A stretch of DNA of 64,000 nucleotides from Candidatus Sericytochromatia bacterium (GTDB lineage: Bacteria; Cyanobacteriota; Sericytochromatia; S15B-MN24; VGJW01): NCBI GenBank assembly GCA_035285865.1, contig JAYKHS010000015.1:1-64000 (forward strand), in the 5' to 3' direction. The notes beneath the pieces are model-generated. The model was not told where the DNA came from, ran no database searches, and saw only the letters and a list, made by a program, of their open reading frames with translations. Below, piece by piece: positions 18,567-31,540 of the stretch (its first letter is position 1; every line of letters begins with the position of its first letter). Both the position numbers and the translations under genes were made by a program.

Positions 18567-19961
18567 TCAGTAACCGCCGCCCGGAATTTCCAGGTTGTCG
18601 AACAAGGTGAACTCCTTGTGGAAGTAGAGCATCGTCGAGGCCGTGGGGCCGTGGCGATTCTTGGCGATGATGATCTCGGCCTGGTTCTTGAGCTCGGACG
18701 TTTCCGGGTTGTAGTAGTCATCCCGGTGAATGAACATGACGAGGTCGGCGTCCTGCTCGATGGAGCCCGACTCTCTCAGGTGGCTGAGCATGGGTTTCTT
18801 GTCCTTGGATTGCTCCGAGGCGCGGGAGAGCTGGGAAAGCGCCATCACCGGGCACTCGAGCTCTCGGGCGAGTTCCTTCAGGGCCCGCGAGATGTAGCTG
18901 ACCTCGGTCGCGCGGTTGTCGGACGAGCGCATCCCCCCGCCCTTCATCAACTGCAGGTAGTCGATGACGATGAGTCCGAGCTGGTCGATGTTGTTGCGGG
19001 CCATGACCCGGCGGCACTTGCTCTTGACCTCGAGCACCGAAATCGAGGGAGTATCGTCGATGTACAGCGGCAGCTCGATGAGGCGGTTCACGGCCTCGAC
19101 GAGGTGGGCCCATTCGTGGTCGGCCACGATGCCCTTCTTGATGTTCTGGCTGTTGAGCCGGGCTTCGCCGCAGAGCATGCGCTGGCTCAGCTCGTCGGCC
19201 GACATCTCGAGGCTGAAGACGATGACGGGTTTGCCTTCGATGTTCTGGGAGGCGTCGCCGCCCGCAGCGTGACGGGCCACCGACAGCGCGAAGCTGGTCT
19301 TGCCCATGCCGGGGCGAGCTCCGAGGATGATCAGGTTCCCGGGCTGGAAGCCGGTCGTGACCTGATTCAGGTCATAGAAGCCCGTATGCGTGCCCGTGAT
19401 GACGCCGCTGTGCTCGAAGCGTCGCTCGATGGCGTCATAGGCCCGCAGCAGCGAAGGCTCGATGTGCTCGCTGTCGCGTCCCCCACGGTGCTGGGCGACG
19501 GAGAAGACCTTCTGTTCGGCCTGTTCGAGCACGGCCGCGATGTCGTCCTCCTCGTCGAAACCGAGGGCCGAGACCTCGCCTCCCGCACGGATGAGCTGAC
19601 GCCTGAGGGCCTTTTCGGCCACGATGCCGGCGTAGTATTCGGCATTGGCCGTCGTGGCCACCGCATTGACGAGGTCCGTCAGGAAGAATCGTCCGCCAAC
19701 CGTCTCGAGTTGGCCACGGGTCTCGAGCAGGTTGCTGACGGCGAGCACGTCCGAGGGCTGGTTGCGCTCGACCAGGTGCCGAATCGCATCGAAAACCCGT
19801 TGATGGGCGTCCCGGTAGAACAGGTCCTGACCGCTGAGGATCTCGAGCACCGACGTCACGGCATTGGGAGACAGCAACATGGCGCCGAGCACCGCCTGCT
19901 CGGCCTCGGTGTTGTGAGGCGGGATCCTGGGCTCGCCGTAGCCCTGGCGCGGCTCAGCCAC
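18567..19961 (-). CDS. dnaB: Replicative DNA helicase
   Basis: [57 protein letters not shown]; no intein seen. Confidence 0.98.
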   Translation of the reverse strand: MAEPRQGYGEPRIPPHNTEAEQAVLGAMLLSPNAVTSVLEILSGQDLFYRDAHQRVFDAIRHLVERNQPSDVLAVSNLLETRGQLETVGGRFFLTDLVNAVATTANAEYYAGIVAEKALRRQLIRAGGEVSALGFDEEDDIAAVLEQAEQKVFSVAQHRGGRDSEHIEPSLLRAYDAIERRFEHSGVITGTHTGFYDLNQVTTGFQPGNLIILGARPGMGKTSFALSVARHAAGGDASQNIEGKPVIVFSLEMSADELSQRMLCGEARLNSQNIKKGIVADHEWAHLVEAVNRLIELPLYIDDTPSISVLEVKSKCRRVMARNNIDQLGLIVIDYLQLMKGGGMRSSDNRATEVSYISRALKELARELECPVMALSQLSRASEQSKDKKPMLSHLRESGSIEQDADLVMFIHRDDYYNPETSELKNQAEIIIAKNRHGPTASTMLYFHKEFTLFDNLEIPGGGY

Positions 19962-20403
19962 CGGCCACCACGTGCACCCGGACCGAGGCGCTTACCTCGG
20001 GGTGCAGGCGCGCAACCAGCTTGAAATGGCCCAGGGCCTTGATGGGCTCGTCCAGTTCCAGCTTGCGCTTGTCGACCTCGATGCCCGTCTGGGTCTTGAG
20101 TGCGGTGGCGATTTCCTTGCTGGTGATGGCCCCGTACAGACGATGCTCGCTGCCGGCCTTGGCCTCCATGCGGACCTCGATGCCCTCGAGGCGCTTCGCC
20201 GTCTCCTCGGCAGCCGCCTTGATGCGGGCGGCACGGACGGCCTCGGTCTTCTTGAGGTCGGCCTGGTGCCGCAGCGCCCCGTCCGTCGCCTCGACCGCCA
20301 GCTTCCTCGGGAACAGGAAGTTCCGTGCGTAGCCGTCGTTGGCCTCGACGGTCTCGCCGGCCTTGCCGACTCCCTTGACGTCCTTGATCAGGATGACTTT
20401 CAC
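19954..20403 (-). CDS. rplI: 50S ribosomal protein L9
   Basis: [16 protein letters not shown]...[29 protein letters not shown] start with AAGGAG SD. Confidence 0.97.
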   Translation of the reverse strand: MKVILIKDVKGVGKAGETVEANDGYARNFLFPRKLAVEATDGALRHQADLKKTEAVRAARIKAAAEETAKRLEGIEVRMEAKAGSEHRLYGAITSKEIATALKTQTGIEVDKRKLELDEPIKALGHFKLVARLHPEVSASVRVHVVAGG

Positions 20404-20476
20404 TGCACGCTCCTTGTCGTGGGGGTACCGCATGCGCCGGAGTGGGCGTCCCGGACGCCCGGCCGCCAGCCCATGG

Positions 20477-20971
20477 CTAGTCCCGGAAGTTGAGGAACTG
20501 GAGGTCCAGGGGGAAGTCCCCCGCGCGCAGGGCCTTGATGACGGCCTGCAGGTCGTCCTTAGACTTGCCGAGGACTCGGACCTGGTCGTCCTGGATCTGG
20601 GTCTGGACCTTGAGTTTGGTGCCCTTGATCAGATCGACCAGTTTGCGGGCGTGATCGCGGTCGATGCCCTGCCGGATGCCCAGTTGCTGCCGGACCTTGC
20701 CGCCGAGCGAGGCCTCGACCTTGCCGGCATCCAGACACTTCAGGGAGATCTGGCGGCGGGTCATCTTGTCGTGCAGCACGTCGAGGATGTTGCGCAGCTT
20801 GGTCTCGTCGGGGGCGTTGAGCGTGATGCCGTCCTTGCCGAGGTCGATGGAACTGCCGGTGCCCTTGAGGTCGAAGCGCTGCTCGATCTCCTTGGCGACC
20901 ATGTTCACGGCGTTCTGCACCTCGTTCATGTCGGCTTTGGACACGATGTCGAAGCTGGCTTCCTTGGCCAC
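20477..20971 (-). CDS. yajQ: YajQ-family cyclic-di-GMP-binding protein
   Basis: SFDIVSK, NAVN...[33 protein letters not shown]. Confidence 0.95.
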   Translation of the reverse strand: MAKEASFDIVSKADMNEVQNAVNMVAKEIEQRFDLKGTGSSIDLGKDGITLNAPDETKLRNILDVLHDKMTRRQISLKCLDAGKVEASLGGKVRQQLGIRQGIDRDHARKLVDLIKGTKLKVQTQIQDDQVRVLGKSKDDLQAVIKALRAGDFPLDLQFLNFRD

Positions 20972-21027
20972 GGGAGGGTCCTTTCTCCAACCGGCGGGGC
21001 TGTCGGCAACCCCCGGATGGACCGTTC

Positions 21028-21037
21028 ATTGTACCAT
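21028..21037. promoter_or_regulatory. Overlapping divergent -10 elements for yajQ and rlmH
   Basis: ATTGTACCAT gives TACAAT (extended, TGG-TACAAT) on minus and TACCAT on plus, sharing the central TA. Confidence 0.5.
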
Positions 21038-21081
21038 CGGGGCACGGGCCCAAGGCGGCCTGGCATGACGGAGGACATGAC

Positions 21082-21567
21082 CTGCACTGGCTGGTGGCGG
21101 CGGTGGGGCGGATGCGCGACGAGGGGTTGGCCCGTGCGGCTGCCGTCCACGTGGGACGCCTCTCCGGACCCCGTGGCTTGCAGGTGGTGGAGGTTGCCGA
21201 CGTCCCTGCCCGTGGCGGGAAGATTCTGGATGCGTTGGCGCGTGAGGCGGAATCCCTGCGTCGCGTCACGCGGGGCACGCACCGGATTGCCCTGTCCGAG
21301 CGCGGGCCCTCCTGGGACACGCGGGCACTGGCCGATCGCCTGGCCCGGCTGCGGGATGAGGGCCTCCGGGTGTCGTTCCTGATCGGCGGGGCCGAAGGCC
21401 TTGATCCCGGCCTCGAGCGCGAGGCCGAGGATCGTCTTGCCCTGTCCCGGATGACGCTGCCTCACGAGTTGGCCCGTGTCGTCCTGCTCGAGCAACTCTT
21501 TCGAGTCGACAGCCTGTGGCGGGGGTCGCCCTACCATCGGGACGGCGTCCCGGAGGATCGGCCGTGA
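21082..21567 (+). CDS. rlmH: 23S rRNA (pseudouridine1915-N3)-methyltransferase
   Basis: AVGR, F.IGGAEGL, LSRMTLPHELARVVLLEQLFR, GSPYHR. Start may be CTG 21082 (track uses GTG 21094). Confidence 0.92.
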   Translation: MHWLVAAVGRMRDEGLARAAAVHVGRLSGPRGLQVVEVADVPARGGKILDALAREAESLRRVTRGTHRIALSERGPSWDTRALADRLARLRDEGLRVSFLIGGAEGLDPGLEREAEDRLALSRMTLPHELARVVLLEQLFRVDSLWRGSPYHRDGVPEDRP

Positions 21568-22001
21568 AGCGCGAGGTCCGCATCGTGTTGCTGAGCCGCG
21601 TCGAGGAGCCGGACGGCGAGGTGCGCGAGACCGTGCAGGTTCACGAGGGGCTCTGGTACGGGGACCTGGACCGCGGAACCCTGCGCTGGACGGATGATGG
21701 GGTCTCCTCGACCCTGCGATGGGCTCCCGATGAGTGGCGGCTTGTGCGCCACGGCGAGCGTCTGGAGGCCACCCAGGTGTTTCGCCCCGGACTGCCCCAG
21801 CCTTTCGATTTCCGGTCGGCCGCCGGCATCCTGCCCTTCGAGACGGCGTGTCATCGCCTCGAGGCCCGGCCCCGGGACGGGGGGCTCGAGCTTGATCTGG
21901 AATACAGCCTCTGGGGTGGGGGGCAGCGTGTCGGCGACTTTTGTCTGCGCATGACGGCCACGTTGGTGTCGGCCCCGGGCACCGCTACAATGGATGTCTG
22001 A
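21564..22001 (+). CDS. DUF1934 (YwiB-like) beta-barrel protein
   Basis: Beta-rich ~145 aa with lvR.G......F, G...F.T and L.LEY.L pattern; directly upstream of argS, as ywiB is in Bacillus; GTGA overlap with rlmH. Confidence 0.7.
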   Translation: MKREVRIVLLSRVEEPDGEVRETVQVHEGLWYGDLDRGTLRWTDDGVSSTLRWAPDEWRLVRHGERLEATQVFRPGLPQPFDFRSAAGILPFETACHRLEARPRDGGLELDLEYSLWGGGQRVGDFCLRMTATLVSAPGTATMDV

Positions 22002-23662
22002 TGATTCGCGAATTGCTTGCAGACAGACTGGCCGTGGCCCTCGAGGCTGCGGTCGCGGCGGGGGACCTGCCGCTTGCCGATGCCGGAACCATTCATGTCG
22101 AACGCGCCCGTCACGAGGCGCATGGAGACTTCGCGAGCAACGTGGCCATGGTGCTGGCCAAGTCCGCACGTCGTCGTCCGCTGGACATCGCTCAGGCCAT
22201 CTCCGACAGGCTCGTGACGGGCGATGATCTTGCCGAGGTTTCGGTCGCCGCACCCGGCTTCCTGAACATCCGCGTCTCGGATGCGTTCCTGCGCCGCAGC
22301 CTTGCGACCATCCTCGGAGAGGGGGCCGCGCATGGTCGCAGCACGGTCGGCAACGCCGAGAAGGTCCTCATCGAGTATGTGTCCGCCAACCCCACGGGTC
22401 CCCTGCATGTCGGCCACGGTCGCTGGGCGGTCCTGGGCTCGGCGCTCGCCGCCACCATGCGCTGGGCGGGCTACGACGTCGCCCAGGAGTTCTACGTCAA
22501 CGACGCCGGCAACCAGCTGCAGAACCTGGGACGCTCCCTGCTGTACCGCATGGAGGGCCGCCCCCTGCCCGAGGATGCCTCGGAGTTCTACGGCGGGGCC
22601 TATGTGGAGGAGGCGGCCAAGGCCGCGCGGGAGCAACTCGGCGATCTGTCGGCCCTCGACGAGGAGGCCCGCGTCCGCAGGCTGGCGGACTTCGGTCGCG
22701 ACTGGTTTCTGGCCGCGCAGGACACGACGCTGGATCGACTCGGGACCCGCTTCGATCGCTGGGTGTCCGAGCGGACCCTTCATGAGGCCGGTGCCGTCGA
22801 GGCCATGTTGCGGGAGATGGAGGCCAGCGGGGCCGTGGTTCGCCGTGACGGCGCGCTGTGGCTGACGTCTGCGGCGCACGGCGATACCGAGGATCGGGTG
22901 GTCGTCCGGGCGGACGGTCGGCCCACCTATCTGGCTGCCGACATGGCCTACCACGCCGACAAGTTTGCCCGCGGCCACGATCGCCTGCTGAACATCTGGG
23001 GTGCGGACCATCATGGCTACGTCGCGCGAATGCGCGCGGCCGTCGCTTGCATGGGGCGTGACCCGGGCAAGCTCGAGGTCGTGCTGGGCCAGTTGGTCAA
23101 GCTGTTCCGCGACGGCCAGGAAGTCCGCATGAGCAAGCGGACGGGCGACATGGTCACGCTCGACGAGGTCCTGGACGAGGTGGGTCGCGATGCCACGCGC
23201 TGGTTTCTCGTCGCCCGCAGCGCCGACAGCACCATCGATTTCGACCTCGATCTGGCCCGCCAGGAATCGTCGGACAATCCGGTCTTCTACGTCCAGTACG
23301 CCCACGCCCGCATCTGCTCCATCATGCGCGCGGCTGGCGAGGCCGGCCATTTGCCGACTGACTGGGGAACCGTCACCCTGCTGCCCTTCGAGGCACCTGA
23401 GGAGCGTGCACTGGCCCTCTGGTTGGCCGGCTTCACCGACGAGGTAGCCGGGGCAGCCCTGGCCCGTGAACCGCATCGCCTGACCCGATACGCGACGGAT
23501 CTGGCCCAGCGCTACCACGCCTTCTACACCCAGTGTCGCGTCATCGACACCGCACAGCCCGAGCGGACGGTCACGCGCCTCGCGCTTTGCGCCGCGACGC
23601 GTCAGGTGCTTGCCATCCTGCTGGAGTCGCTTCTGGGAATCTCGGCTCCGGAGGCGATGTGA
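22001..23662 (+). CDS. argS: Arginine--tRNA ligase
   Basis: HGDFASN, EYVSANPTGPLHVGHGR, WGADHHGY, MSKRTG, NPVFYVQYAHAR. Confidence 0.98.
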   Translation: MIRELLADRLAVALEAAVAAGDLPLADAGTIHVERARHEAHGDFASNVAMVLAKSARRRPLDIAQAISDRLVTGDDLAEVSVAAPGFLNIRVSDAFLRRSLATILGEGAAHGRSTVGNAEKVLIEYVSANPTGPLHVGHGRWAVLGSALAATMRWAGYDVAQEFYVNDAGNQLQNLGRSLLYRMEGRPLPEDASEFYGGAYVEEAAKAAREQLGDLSALDEEARVRRLADFGRDWFLAAQDTTLDRLGTRFDRWVSERTLHEAGAVEAMLREMEASGAVVRRDGALWLTSAAHGDTEDRVVVRADGRPTYLAADMAYHADKFARGHDRLLNIWGADHHGYVARMRAAVACMGRDPGKLEVVLGQLVKLFRDGQEVRMSKRTGDMVTLDEVLDEVGRDATRWFLVARSADSTIDFDLDLARQESSDNPVFYVQYAHARICSIMRAAGEAGHLPTDWGTVTLLPFEAPEERALALWLAGFTDEVAGAALAREPHRLTRYATDLAQRYHAFYTQCRVIDTAQPERTVTRLALCAATRQVLAILLESLLGISAPEAM

Positions 23663-24987
23663 CGGGGGCCCGGCCTCCCGGTCCCGACACGCCCCTCCTC
23701 GATGCTGTCCTGAGGGCTGCCCGTGCGCCCGGTACGCGCCTGCAGACCCCGGCGCACCAGGGTCGTCCGCCGTGGCAAGCCGCCTGGCCGGATTGGGCTG
23801 CGGCGGATCTGACGGAGAATGAGGCCACCGACGATCTCGGCTGGCCCGTAGGCCCCGTTCGTGAGGCACGACTTGCCCTTGCGGCGTGCTTCGGGGCCAA
23901 GGCAAGCTGGTTCAGCGTGGGCGGGGCCACGCTCGCGCAGCAGGCCGCTTTCTGGGCACTGGCCGTGACCTTGGCCTCCCGCGGGCGACAACCCTTGGTC
24001 GCGGTCGATCGCAACGCCCACGTGTCCGTCCTGCGTGGCATGGCGCTCGCAGGCCTCGAGCCCGTCTGGTACGGCGGTGCGTGGGACGCTGCCTGGGGCG
24101 TCCGACGACCGCCCGATCCGGAGGACCTGGCCGCCCTGTTGGCTGCTCGTCCCGAGATCGGTGCCGTGCACCTGACCAGTCCGACCTATTTCGGCGAGGA
24201 TGCCCAGACGGCTGCCCTGCGCGATTTGGCGGGAGACCGACCGCTGCTGGTGGACGAGGCGCATGGGGCCCATCGACCGCGCGCGCTTTCGGCCGGGGCC
24301 GACCTCGTCGTGCATTCGGCCCACAAGGGCTTGCTGGGCCCCACGCAGGGCGGCTTCCTGCATCTTGGGGGGCACCTGATCCTCGAGGCCGATGTGGATC
24401 GGGCCATGCGGTTGCTGCAAACCACCAGTCCGAGTTGGCCCCTGCTTGCCGCGCTGGACGCCTGCCGCGCCGCATTCGCGTTGCCTCGTGCCGACGTTCC
24501 TGCCGATGCGCTCTGGCTGCGCGGTCTTCGGTGCCGTCCCGGCGCGGATGCGATGCGCTGTCTCGTGGCTTTCCCGGACGGCATGGCGGCTTATGAGGTC
24601 TTGGTCAGGGCTGGCCACGCACCTGAGGCCGCCTTGCCGCGCGGGGTGTTGCTGCTCGTCGGGGGGGCGGGCGATGACGAGGCGGCCTTGGATGAACTGG
24701 GCTCCTTGCTCAGGGCCGAGGCTCTGCGTCAGGAGTCTTCGGGGCTCGAGCCCGTCCTCCCGCCACCCGATCCGGACGTGCCGGTCATGGGCCTGAGGGA
24801 GGCGATGCTGGCTCCGGCTGTTTGCGTTCCTGTCGCTCAGGCCGTGGGCCGGATTGCCGTGGAGCCCCTTTGTCCCTATCCGCCCGGCGTGGCCGTGGTG
24901 CTGCCGGGCCATCGTGTCACGGAGTCACAGCTGGCATTTCTTGCCGACCACGATGCCCTGCCCGAAGGCATGCAGGTGGTGGCGTGA
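23659..24987 (+). CDS. Orn/Lys/Arg decarboxylase-family PLP enzyme (YaaO-like)
   Basis: DRNAHVSV, TSPTYFG, VDEAHGAH, HSAHK, QTTSPSW, PYPPGV..VLPG. Confidence 0.88.
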   Translation: MTGARPPGPDTPLLDAVLRAARAPGTRLQTPAHQGRPPWQAAWPDWAAADLTENEATDDLGWPVGPVREARLALAACFGAKASWFSVGGATLAQQAAFWALAVTLASRGRQPLVAVDRNAHVSVLRGMALAGLEPVWYGGAWDAAWGVRRPPDPEDLAALLAARPEIGAVHLTSPTYFGEDAQTAALRDLAGDRPLLVDEAHGAHRPRALSAGADLVVHSAHKGLLGPTQGGFLHLGGHLILEADVDRAMRLLQTTSPSWPLLAALDACRAAFALPRADVPADALWLRGLRCRPGADAMRCLVAFPDGMAAYEVLVRAGHAPEAALPRGVLLLVGGAGDDEAALDELGSLLRAEALRQESSGLEPVLPPPDPDVPVMGLREAMLAPAVCVPVAQAVGRIAVEPLCPYPPGVAVVLPGHRVTESQLAFLADHDALPEGMQVVA

Positions 24988-25919
24988 CCGTCCGGGCGTG
25001 GGCTGCCATGGCGCTGCAGGTGCTCATTGCCGGGGCAACATTCCACGTCGCCCGCCATGGGCTTCAGGTCTTCGAGCCGTTGCACTTCATCCACTGGCGC
25101 GTCCAGGGGGTCGCGGTCCTCTTCGCCATCCTGCTTGCCCTGCTGGGACGGCCGTTGCTGCCCCCCGCAGGGACGCGCGCGCCGCTGCTCCTGCTGGGCC
25201 TGCTGGGAGGCCCGTGCAACCAGGTGCTCTTTTTCGTGGGGCTGGCCCGGACCTCGCCCGTGCACGCTGCCCTCATCTATGCGCTGACTCCGGCCACCAT
25301 CCTGCTGGGGTCGTGGCTGACGAAGGCCGAGAAGCCGCGCTTGCGCGACGGTGTGGCTCTGGTCCTTGCCTTTTCAGGGGTCCTGTTGCTGCTGGCGCCC
25401 GGGTTGGCCTCGGGGTCAGGCACGGCTTCGCTGCAGGGTGACTTGCTCGTGGTCGGCGGCATGCTCTGCTGGGCCGCCTACTCCCGAGGGATGCGGCGAT
25501 GGACCGAGGCCTTGGGGGCCGTCCCGGCTACGGCATGGGCATGGCTTCTGGCGGCTGCGGCGACCTGCTGCCTCTGGCCATGGCTGGGACCGGGCCTCGT
25601 CGTCGGTTCACCCCAGCAGGGCCACTGGGCCAGTTTTGCCTATGTGCTGGTGCTGACCAGCTTCGTGGCCTACATGCTCTATGGTTACGGCCTCGAACGA
25701 CTCGGGCCGGCGCGGACCGCCATCTTCCTGAACGGGCAGCCCGTCGTGGCGATGGTCATCGGCCTGCTGCTCGGACAGCGGGATGCGGGGCCCACGGCGA
25801 TTGTCGCGACGGGCCTCGTCGTGGGCGGCGTCGTGCTGATGCAGCGTCAGCGCGGCCGCAGCTTGCCCACTGCGGCTCTGGCGGCTTCGGCCACACCCGG
25901 ATCGTCGTCGTTGGCATAG
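24984..25919 (+). CDS. DMT/EamA-family transporter
   Basis: About 10 TM segments in two EamA repeats (NQVLFFVGLARTS, GDLLV, P.RTAIFLN.QPV). Confidence 0.88.
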   Translation: MTVRAWAAMALQVLIAGATFHVARHGLQVFEPLHFIHWRVQGVAVLFAILLALLGRPLLPPAGTRAPLLLLGLLGGPCNQVLFFVGLARTSPVHAALIYALTPATILLGSWLTKAEKPRLRDGVALVLAFSGVLLLLAPGLASGSGTASLQGDLLVVGGMLCWAAYSRGMRRWTEALGAVPATAWAWLLAAAATCCLWPWLGPGLVVGSPQQGHWASFAYVLVLTSFVAYMLYGYGLERLGPARTAIFLNGQPVVAMVIGLLLGQRDAGPTAIVATGLVVGGVVLMQRQRGRSLPTAALAASATPGSSSLA

Positions 25920-27439
25920 GGGCTGATGCGTGGCACGCAGCTCGCATCACCCACTTCGGCCAAGGACATGAGGGCGGCCCGGCGGACGGGTGGTTTGGCG
26001 TCATCGAGCAGTGCAAGCAGGCCGTCGCGGGCGCCCGTGACGCGCAGCACGCCGATGAGCTCGGCGGCGATGCGTCGCAGCAACCAGTCTTCGTCGCGCA
26101 GCAGGCCGAGGAGGGGCGGATGCAGTTCCGACCCCAGCTTGGTCAGAATCACGCCTACGGCGTGCGTGGTGGCGCCTTTGCGGTCACGCAAGGCAAGGAA
26201 CACGCGGCCAGGCAGGTCTTCGACCTCCGCGCCGGCACCCCAGGCCTTGAGTACCTGGGGCCGTCGCGCCGGCTTCTCCCAGAAGGCCACCTCGAGGTCC
26301 AGCGCCTCCCGGTCCGATTCATCCAACGCCTCGACACGCTTGTCCGCACGTCTCGCGCCATCATCGACGCCAACCATGCCCAGCAGTCGGCCTGCGATGC
26401 CCACCTTGCCTTCAAGGGCATCGAGTGCCTTTGCCGCAGCGCCTCGGACCGCATCGTGCTCTGACAGCAACCAAGGCCTGATCCACGGGATCGTGTCGGG
26501 GTTGCCCAGCGCCTGCCACGCCGCAAGGACCGCGGTCCGCATCGCCGGATCTCCTTCCCGCAGGAAGGGCAGCAGGGCCGGCGCAAGGGCCGCGCGCTCC
26601 TTGACGGCAATCGGAGCCAGACGCTCTGACGGAGGTGGAGCCGGCTTGCCTGCCTTGGGGCGGTCTCCGAGGTAGAGCTGCCGCAGGGCCGCCAGATCAT
26701 CCTGAGCCCCGTTCTCGAGGCTGACGAGTGCTCGCAGTGCACCCACGCGGACACTGCGATACAGGCCATGGACCAGCAGATGTCTCAGGCGGGGAATGTG
26801 CCGCGCTGCCTCGTCCAGGGAGACTGTCGTGAGCAGGTCGAGACCGCGTTGGATCTCCAGCGGATCGATGCTGGCCAGCAGAGGCGTCGGGTCCGTCGTG
26901 ACGGGCCCTTCCTGATCGGCGGCGCGGTCCGAGACCAGACCCAGATCGCCTTCGATATGACCGCGCAGCTCTGCCTCCTCGAACGGTATGGCCAGCGCCT
27001 GCTGCAGGAATTTGCGGGCAGTGCCGAACTTCCCAGCTTGATAGGCGTTGCGTGCCTGCAGGTGCAGGGTCGTGGCCTGAAGGCCGCGCAGGAGGTCATT
27101 CTCGCCGAAGTCCTTCTCGAGGACCTTGAGATGGTCCCAGGCGGCCTTCATGCTGCCCTCCGCCAAGGCTGCAAGCACCTTGGGCAATAGGCCCAGCAGC
27201 GCCCGATCCCGTTCGTAGGCCAGTTCCTCGTCGTAGGCGACGCGCCGTTGGGCGTCCTTGAGGGTCTCGTAGGCCTCGTTGATGATCTTGAGCTTGGACG
27301 CCGCCACCTCGGGATCCAGCGTCGTGATGTCCGGATGGTAGTACCGGGCCTGCTCGCGGTAGGCAGCCCGGATCTGGTCGTCCGTGGCACCGACGGCGAT
27401 CTGCAGGATGTCGTAGTAGGAATAGGGCAGTTGGCTCAT
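25847..27439 (-). CDS. J-domain protein with TPR-like segment and HEAT (PBS-lyase-like) repeats
   Basis: YYDILQ...IRAAYRE.AR.YHPD...INEAYETL.D...R..YD; C-terminal VR.AA..AL repeats. Confidence 0.88.
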   Translation of the reverse strand: MSQLPYSYYDILQIAVGATDDQIRAAYREQARYYHPDITTLDPEVAASKLKIINEAYETLKDAQRRVAYDEELAYERDRALLGLLPKVLAALAEGSMKAAWDHLKVLEKDFGENDLLRGLQATTLHLQARNAYQAGKFGTARKFLQQALAIPFEEAELRGHIEGDLGLVSDRAADQEGPVTTDPTPLLASIDPLEIQRGLDLLTTVSLDEAARHIPRLRHLLVHGLYRSVRVGALRALVSLENGAQDDLAALRQLYLGDRPKAGKPAPPPSERLAPIAVKERAALAPALLPFLREGDPAMRTAVLAAWQALGNPDTIPWIRPWLLSEHDAVRGAAAKALDALEGKVGIAGRLLGMVGVDDGARRADKRVEALDESDREALDLEVAFWEKPARRPQVLKAWGAGAEVEDLPGRVFLALRDRKGATTHAVGVILTKLGSELHPPLLGLLRDEDWLLRRIAAELIGVLRVTGARDGLLALLDDAKPPVRRAALMSLAEVGDASCVPRISPYANDDDPGVAEAARAAVGKLRPR

Positions 27440-28149
27440 GCGTCGTCACCGATCGGCGCACCTGCCGTCAACTGGGCGAAGAGAGACTGCTTGCCCTCGG
27501 TGAGCTGGGCAGCGGCCTCGAGCTCTTCCTGGAAGGCCCGCAGCAGGCCCTCCTCGACTTCGAGCATGCAGCAACCGATGAGCAGGTCCGTCAGATCCTC
27601 GGTCTGATCGAGGTAGAGGTGCTTGCCAAGCGTGGCTTTGGCCATCTTCCCGAAGGCCTTTCGCGTGTCCTTCTTGCGGCCGCACTGGACGGCGTAGATC
27701 CGGATGGACTTGTTGGCGAGGGCCTTGGTCTCCACTTCCCAATCTCGGCGCATGGTGCAGGCGCTCTTCGGATCGCTGACGCCATGCGGCGGGGCGTCGC
27801 CGATCAGCACGACGGCGCGCGCCGCATTGAAGCGCCAATCGAGCCTGTTGGCTTCCCAGAGCGCATCCTCGACGGCTTCGGGTTCGTCGCCGCCGTGGGT
27901 GCCTTCCACGGTCTGGACCCACTGGGCGATGCGATCCCACTGGTCGGTAAGGGGATGAACCTTGGTCAGGTAGGTCCGGCCTGCGTCGTGGTGGTCCCCG
28001 AAAGCGATGACGCCCAGCCGCACGCCCTCGAGGCGGTCGGCCAGCAACTCGGTGAGCCGGCTCAACTCGGCCCGGACACGTTCCAGGTTCCGATACATCG
28101 AGTCCGTCGTGTCGAAGATGAACACGACGTCAAGTGGTTTGACGTCCAT
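27436..28149 (-). CDS. von Willebrand factor A-domain protein
   Basis: LDVVFIFDTTDSM (MIDAS variant), GVIAFGDH, GGDEPEA, VLIGDAPPH. Start uncertain (28149, 28200 or 28239). ATGA overlap with the J-domain gene. Confidence 0.88.
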   Translation of the reverse strand: MDVKPLDVVFIFDTTDSMYRNLERVRAELSRLTELLADRLEGVRLGVIAFGDHHDAGRTYLTKVHPLTDQWDRIAQWVQTVEGTHGGDEPEAVEDALWEANRLDWRFNAARAVVLIGDAPPHGVSDPKSACTMRRDWEVETKALANKSIRIYAVQCGRKKDTRKAFGKMAKATLGKHLYLDQTEDLTDLLIGCCMLEVEEGLLRAFQEELEAAAQLTEGKQSLFAQLTAGAPIGDDA

Positions 28150-28368
28150 CGGAATCTCGAGGCCCGCGCCAGCGCAGGCACGGACGAGATAGCGGTTCAT
28201 GTAGCCGCCGGGCAGCGAGAAAGCGTCGAGAAAGGTCATCCCCGTATCCTGTACCACGCTGTCCGGTTGTTCTAAGGAGGCCATGTCCTGGGGTCCGGAA
28301 ACGGGCGAAATCCCCCGGAACGGGCTAGAATGGGCCCACGAAGCACACGAAGGAGTGGATGCTGCACC

Positions 28369-31371
<3,003 letters not shown>

Positions 31372-31382
31372 AGCAGCATCAG

Positions 31383-31430
31383 GGCCCCGTGCCTTTCGGA
31401 CTCCCTTCCCGGGGACGATGGCACGGGGCC
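31383..31430 (+). terminator. Putative hairpin downstream of gdh
   Basis: 11-bp inverted repeat GGCCCCGTGCC...GGCACGGGGCC just after the stop codon. Confidence 0.45.
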
Positions 31431-31484
31431 TCTGCTTTGGGCCTGACCACCGACACGCCCCAGACGTTGGCCTGTACTGGGCCG

Positions 31485-31523
31485 AAAAACCGGAAGTCCC
31501 GGGCCAGCTTCCTGACCCGGGAC
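31485..31523 (-). terminator. Putative intrinsic terminator of the minus-strand secreted-protein gene
   Basis: GTCCCGGG/CCCGGGAC stem with an A5 tract (U tract on minus). Confidence 0.45.
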
Positions 31524-31540
31524 CCCCGGAAACGCGCGGT

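Noticed and set aside
18567..19961. Intein in DnaB
   Set aside because: Length (464 aa) and motif spacing are normal
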